Source: Lama glama | Lineage: Eukaryota | Length of the DNA: 64,000 nt | Reading direction: 5' to 3' | Assembly (NCBI GenBank): GCA_028534125.1 | Contig: CM052816.1 | Location: 78,804,001 to 78,868,000 of the forward strand | In this document: positions 60,913 to 64,000 of the stretch, piece after piece | Layout: each line of letters starts with the position of its first letter | Numbering within the stretch: position 1 is the first letter of the stretch | Translations under genes and position numbers: made by a program | Notes under the pieces: generated by a model | Seen by the model: the letters and a program-made list of their open reading frames with translations, nothing else | Databases searched by the model: none | Told to the model about the DNA's origin: nothing

Positions 60913-63344
60913 ACATTGGGACTTCAGAATTCAACTCTTCCTCTGTGCACACCCTGGCCCCTCCACACTGGAGGTGAGAGAAGAATCAACATGGCGCCTG
61001 AGAGGCTGCAGCCCCTGGTCTAGAAGAGAGGACCTGTGTTTATGTAGCTCCCCCTGTGGAAGACCTAGCCTAGCTCCATGAGCCACTTGATGGAGTGGTG
61101 AGGGACATTGAGAAGAGCTGTGAGCAGTGGAGACTTTGTTCCCCAAACTGTCATTTTGAGGGTTCTTGTGGGACATCACAAATGGTAGCATGCTCCATGT
61201 ATCTGACCACTGGTGGACCCTACTTTCAGTCAGTGATGAGTTCAGCTTCAGGGCCCTTAAACCTTGGATGCATGGCACTGGAGAAGGCTGGACTCTAATG
61301 GACATTGGTGGGAGGGGATGTGACCCAAGGATATTAATTTACCCTGACTGACTCTAAATTTTTAGTAGATTGTAAAGAATGCCACTAGGGGAAGATGTAC
61401 TTCTAATTTCAGATTCAGCAAAAAAAGGCACTGAATAGACCACAAGAATGTGTCCCCACAGGAGCTGTGGTATTATGTGATCTACCAGTGGCAGGCTGGG
61501 ATGTGATATTTCCTGACTTGGCATTTGGGGAACCTTCAAATATGTAAGGCCACTTATCTCTGCTCTCAGCTATTTCTTCCTTTGGGGATCATAAAAACCC
61601 TGAGAAATGTCAAGCTTCCCTTTCAGGTTTTCTTCATTGAATGCAAGATCAATTTTTTTATTTTTAATTTTTTTTTGCCTTTCTAATGAATTTGGCTATC
61701 ATCTTCTACCCGTTACACTAGCAAGTCAACTTTTCCAAAAGGATGGCTATGTTTAAGATGTTCACAGTCCACTAGGCAGTTAATTATGTGTTTTGTATTC
61801 ATTTAATGTAACTTCATGGTTGACTGTGTAGGCTGTGAATTCAGACAACCCGGGTCCAAATCATAACCTAACCCCTTAAAAGTTGAATGTATGGCCAACC
61901 TTTCCCCTTATTTTCTTAGCTTTGAAATTTCTTGAGTGTTTGCATTATTACTTTCATGTACACAGTACAAAACTTTCAAATATAAGACCATCTTCACAAT
62001 TAGGCTCACAGTAATTTTTTTGCTTCATTTTATCCTTGCAATAAAACACTGTGTAACCTTGAGCAAGGAAATGTCCTCAATGACATTCTTTCATTCTTTT
62101 TCTTTTCTTAAAAAAAAGAAAAAACTTTTAATGGAGATGTAGCAAACATACAGTGTATTAATCTTAAGTGTACAGTTTGGTGAATTATATACACCCAAGA
62201 AATCACATTAATTATTGTTGCATTTTATTCTTGGAAGAATAAACATGCATTTAAGTCTCAGCTTGTTGGTATAATTTCAATATGCATAGCACACATGGAG
62301 AGTTTTACTCCAAATTGCACCTAGAATCCTTAACTATATTTGAAAGTGAATATTCAGATATTAACAAATTTTGTATAACTTTGTTACAATGACTATATAT
62401 GACATTAGCCCATGTGATTTTGCGATCAAGTGTACTACAAATTTTGACCAAATATTTCTCTCCATATTTGTCTGTGTTTCACGGCTCAGATTCTGTGATC
62501 TATAGGGTCGTAAGTGCTACGATGAACACACTGTCATAGCAAATGACTCAACAACTCACATTACAATGAAAACATTTAAAGGATTGATTTAAGTCCACCT
62601 GTTCAAATAGCCACATGGTCGGTCAAACCTGGACAATAGTGAAGATCTGGATTTCATAGAATAATATCTGACAAGGCTGATCTTGTCATGCAGGGAGTCT
62701 GAGAAATAAAAATTAACTTGGAGGATAAGAATCTGTCCTGCCTGTCATCTGACTGAAATAAAAACCCCAGATAAAGCTAGTTGTAGAGTTAATAGAAAGT
62801 AGTATTTCTCCCAAGGATTTGCTTCAGCAACAAAGCATCATAGTAACTCCTTTCTTTGAGTGACTGCTGTTTTTCTTATTCAATGAGAAACGTTGCTGTT
62901 TGAAATGAGATGGGTTAAGAATAAAACATCTCACTCTTGCCCAGAGGATCTAAGTGGCTTTGACATGGAGGAGCAGTTTTGGTTTCTAGCCCACGTATGG
63001 AGCTTGAGGTGAGAGGTGTCTGAACTCAGCATTTCAGTTCCTTCCTAACTTGGTAGTTTCCAAGGAAATAGGACCCTGGGAAAGCACTTTGCAGTCCAGG
63101 TTTGATGTTGACTCTTTGAGCCTATCGATATACTACTTCAGTTTAATTTTACTTAACTCTACCCTTCTCCCAAACCCTATGATAAATCTATCATTTCCTT
63201 TGTTTGGTGAGCTAACCCCTGGTTCTCTGGTGTGGTCTCCGTCTTGGCAATGGATCAATAAACCTGTTTCTGTTGGCCTTTAGGTTTATCCTGGAATGTG
63301 TAAGCAAATTAGGCTAGGACAGTAGGTTTTATTATTTCTGTTTT

Positions 63345-63805
63345 TTAAAGATAAGGAAATTGAGGCTCAAGAAGATTAAATAAAACATACAAGGGGTTAC
63401 AGATTACAAGTGATCCCAGAATTGAAACCGAGGTCTGAAGTGTGATAAGGCCCAGTCCATGCTGACCCCCTGCCTTCATCTTCCAGCTCATTATTGCTCT
63501 ACTTTTGGTTAAGACCCCACCCAATATGAAGCCGCAAAATTCACTCATGTTACTTCTGTCTTTCTCACTCCAGCCAGTATCCAATTCTGACACACGCCAC
63601 TATTCCTCAAAACATGGCTTCAGTTTCATAGAGTTCTCTTCCAGGAACCCGGGAGAGCCATCCACCACTGAGTTCTGGGTTCTTTTTTCCTCAGCCACAC
63701 CACTCAGCCAATATTTTTAACACTCTGGGTTTTCACACTTGCACACCTGTGCTTGTGCTGTTCCCTGACTTTGGAATTCCTTGCCCAGGATTCTCTGACT
63801 GCACA
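63345..63805. mobile_element. MIR (minus, ~63345-63455) and L2 (plus, ~63500-63805) fragments
   Basis: gataaggaaattgaggctcaagaagattaaat; cttgtgctgttccctgactttggaattccttgcccag. Confidence 0.65.
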
Positions 63806-63807
63806 AA

Positions 63808-64000
63808 TCATTGAAAACCTTTAAATTATATCAGGGTTTTTGTTGCAAACAATAGAAACCACGCTAGTTTGTTTTAGCAGACAAGTACTTTATACAGACT
63901 ATCAGACGATTTCACAGAAGCTTTGGAAGGGCGGTCACCTGACTTGAAGGCCACTCTGAAGGACTGATTAGTTCGGGGTAGACAGCACTGCTGCAGCCAG
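63808..64000 (-). mobile_element. Old MaLR LTR (MLT1K/L/M-like), truncated by window end
   Basis: atatcagggtttttgttgcaaacaatagaaaccacgctag. Confidence 0.6.

Noticed and set aside
1..64000. Inferring an enclosing plus-strand gene from the minus-strand bias of old L1s
   Set aside because: Younger L1 3' ends are mostly plus-strand and no exons were found, so intronic versus intergenic cannot be decided.
1..64000. Novel multi-gene or prokaryote-type system (CRISPR, defence island, operon)
   Set aside because: No long ORFs, no repeat-spacer arrays and no intact element; the window is mammalian non-coding DNA.

Overview
Mammalian, non-coding, repeat-rich genomic DNA, most likely camelid (alpaca/camel/llama). 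The lineage is inferred from six copies of a tRNA-Ala(AGC)-derived SINE resembling the camelid vic-1 family, plus many 3' ends of a Laurasiatherian/cetartiodactyl-type L1. I found no credible host protein-coding exon, rRNA, true tRNA or CRISPR. Every ORF I could assign is a transposon fossil (L1 ORF2 C-terminus, ERVL integrase/dUTPase, CR1/L3 ORF2, hAT transposase C-terminus) or comes from simple repeats. Much of the window is layered transposable elements: old L1M, L2, MIR, CR1/L3, MaLR MLT1 and ERV LTRs, hAT MITEs, and younger L1 and SINE insertions, several with readable target-site duplications (TSDs). TE-poor islands carry candidate regulatory signals: a convergent pair of consensus CTCF motifs (32.3 kb and 60.9 kb), a perfect RFX X-box palindrome, an ETS/RUNX cluster, and a dense cluster of short inverted repeats at 43.8-44.1 kb. 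I see no evidence for a new biological system; these islands are the best leads. Repeat subfamily names are recalled from consensus sequences by eye, and boundaries without a TSD are approximate.
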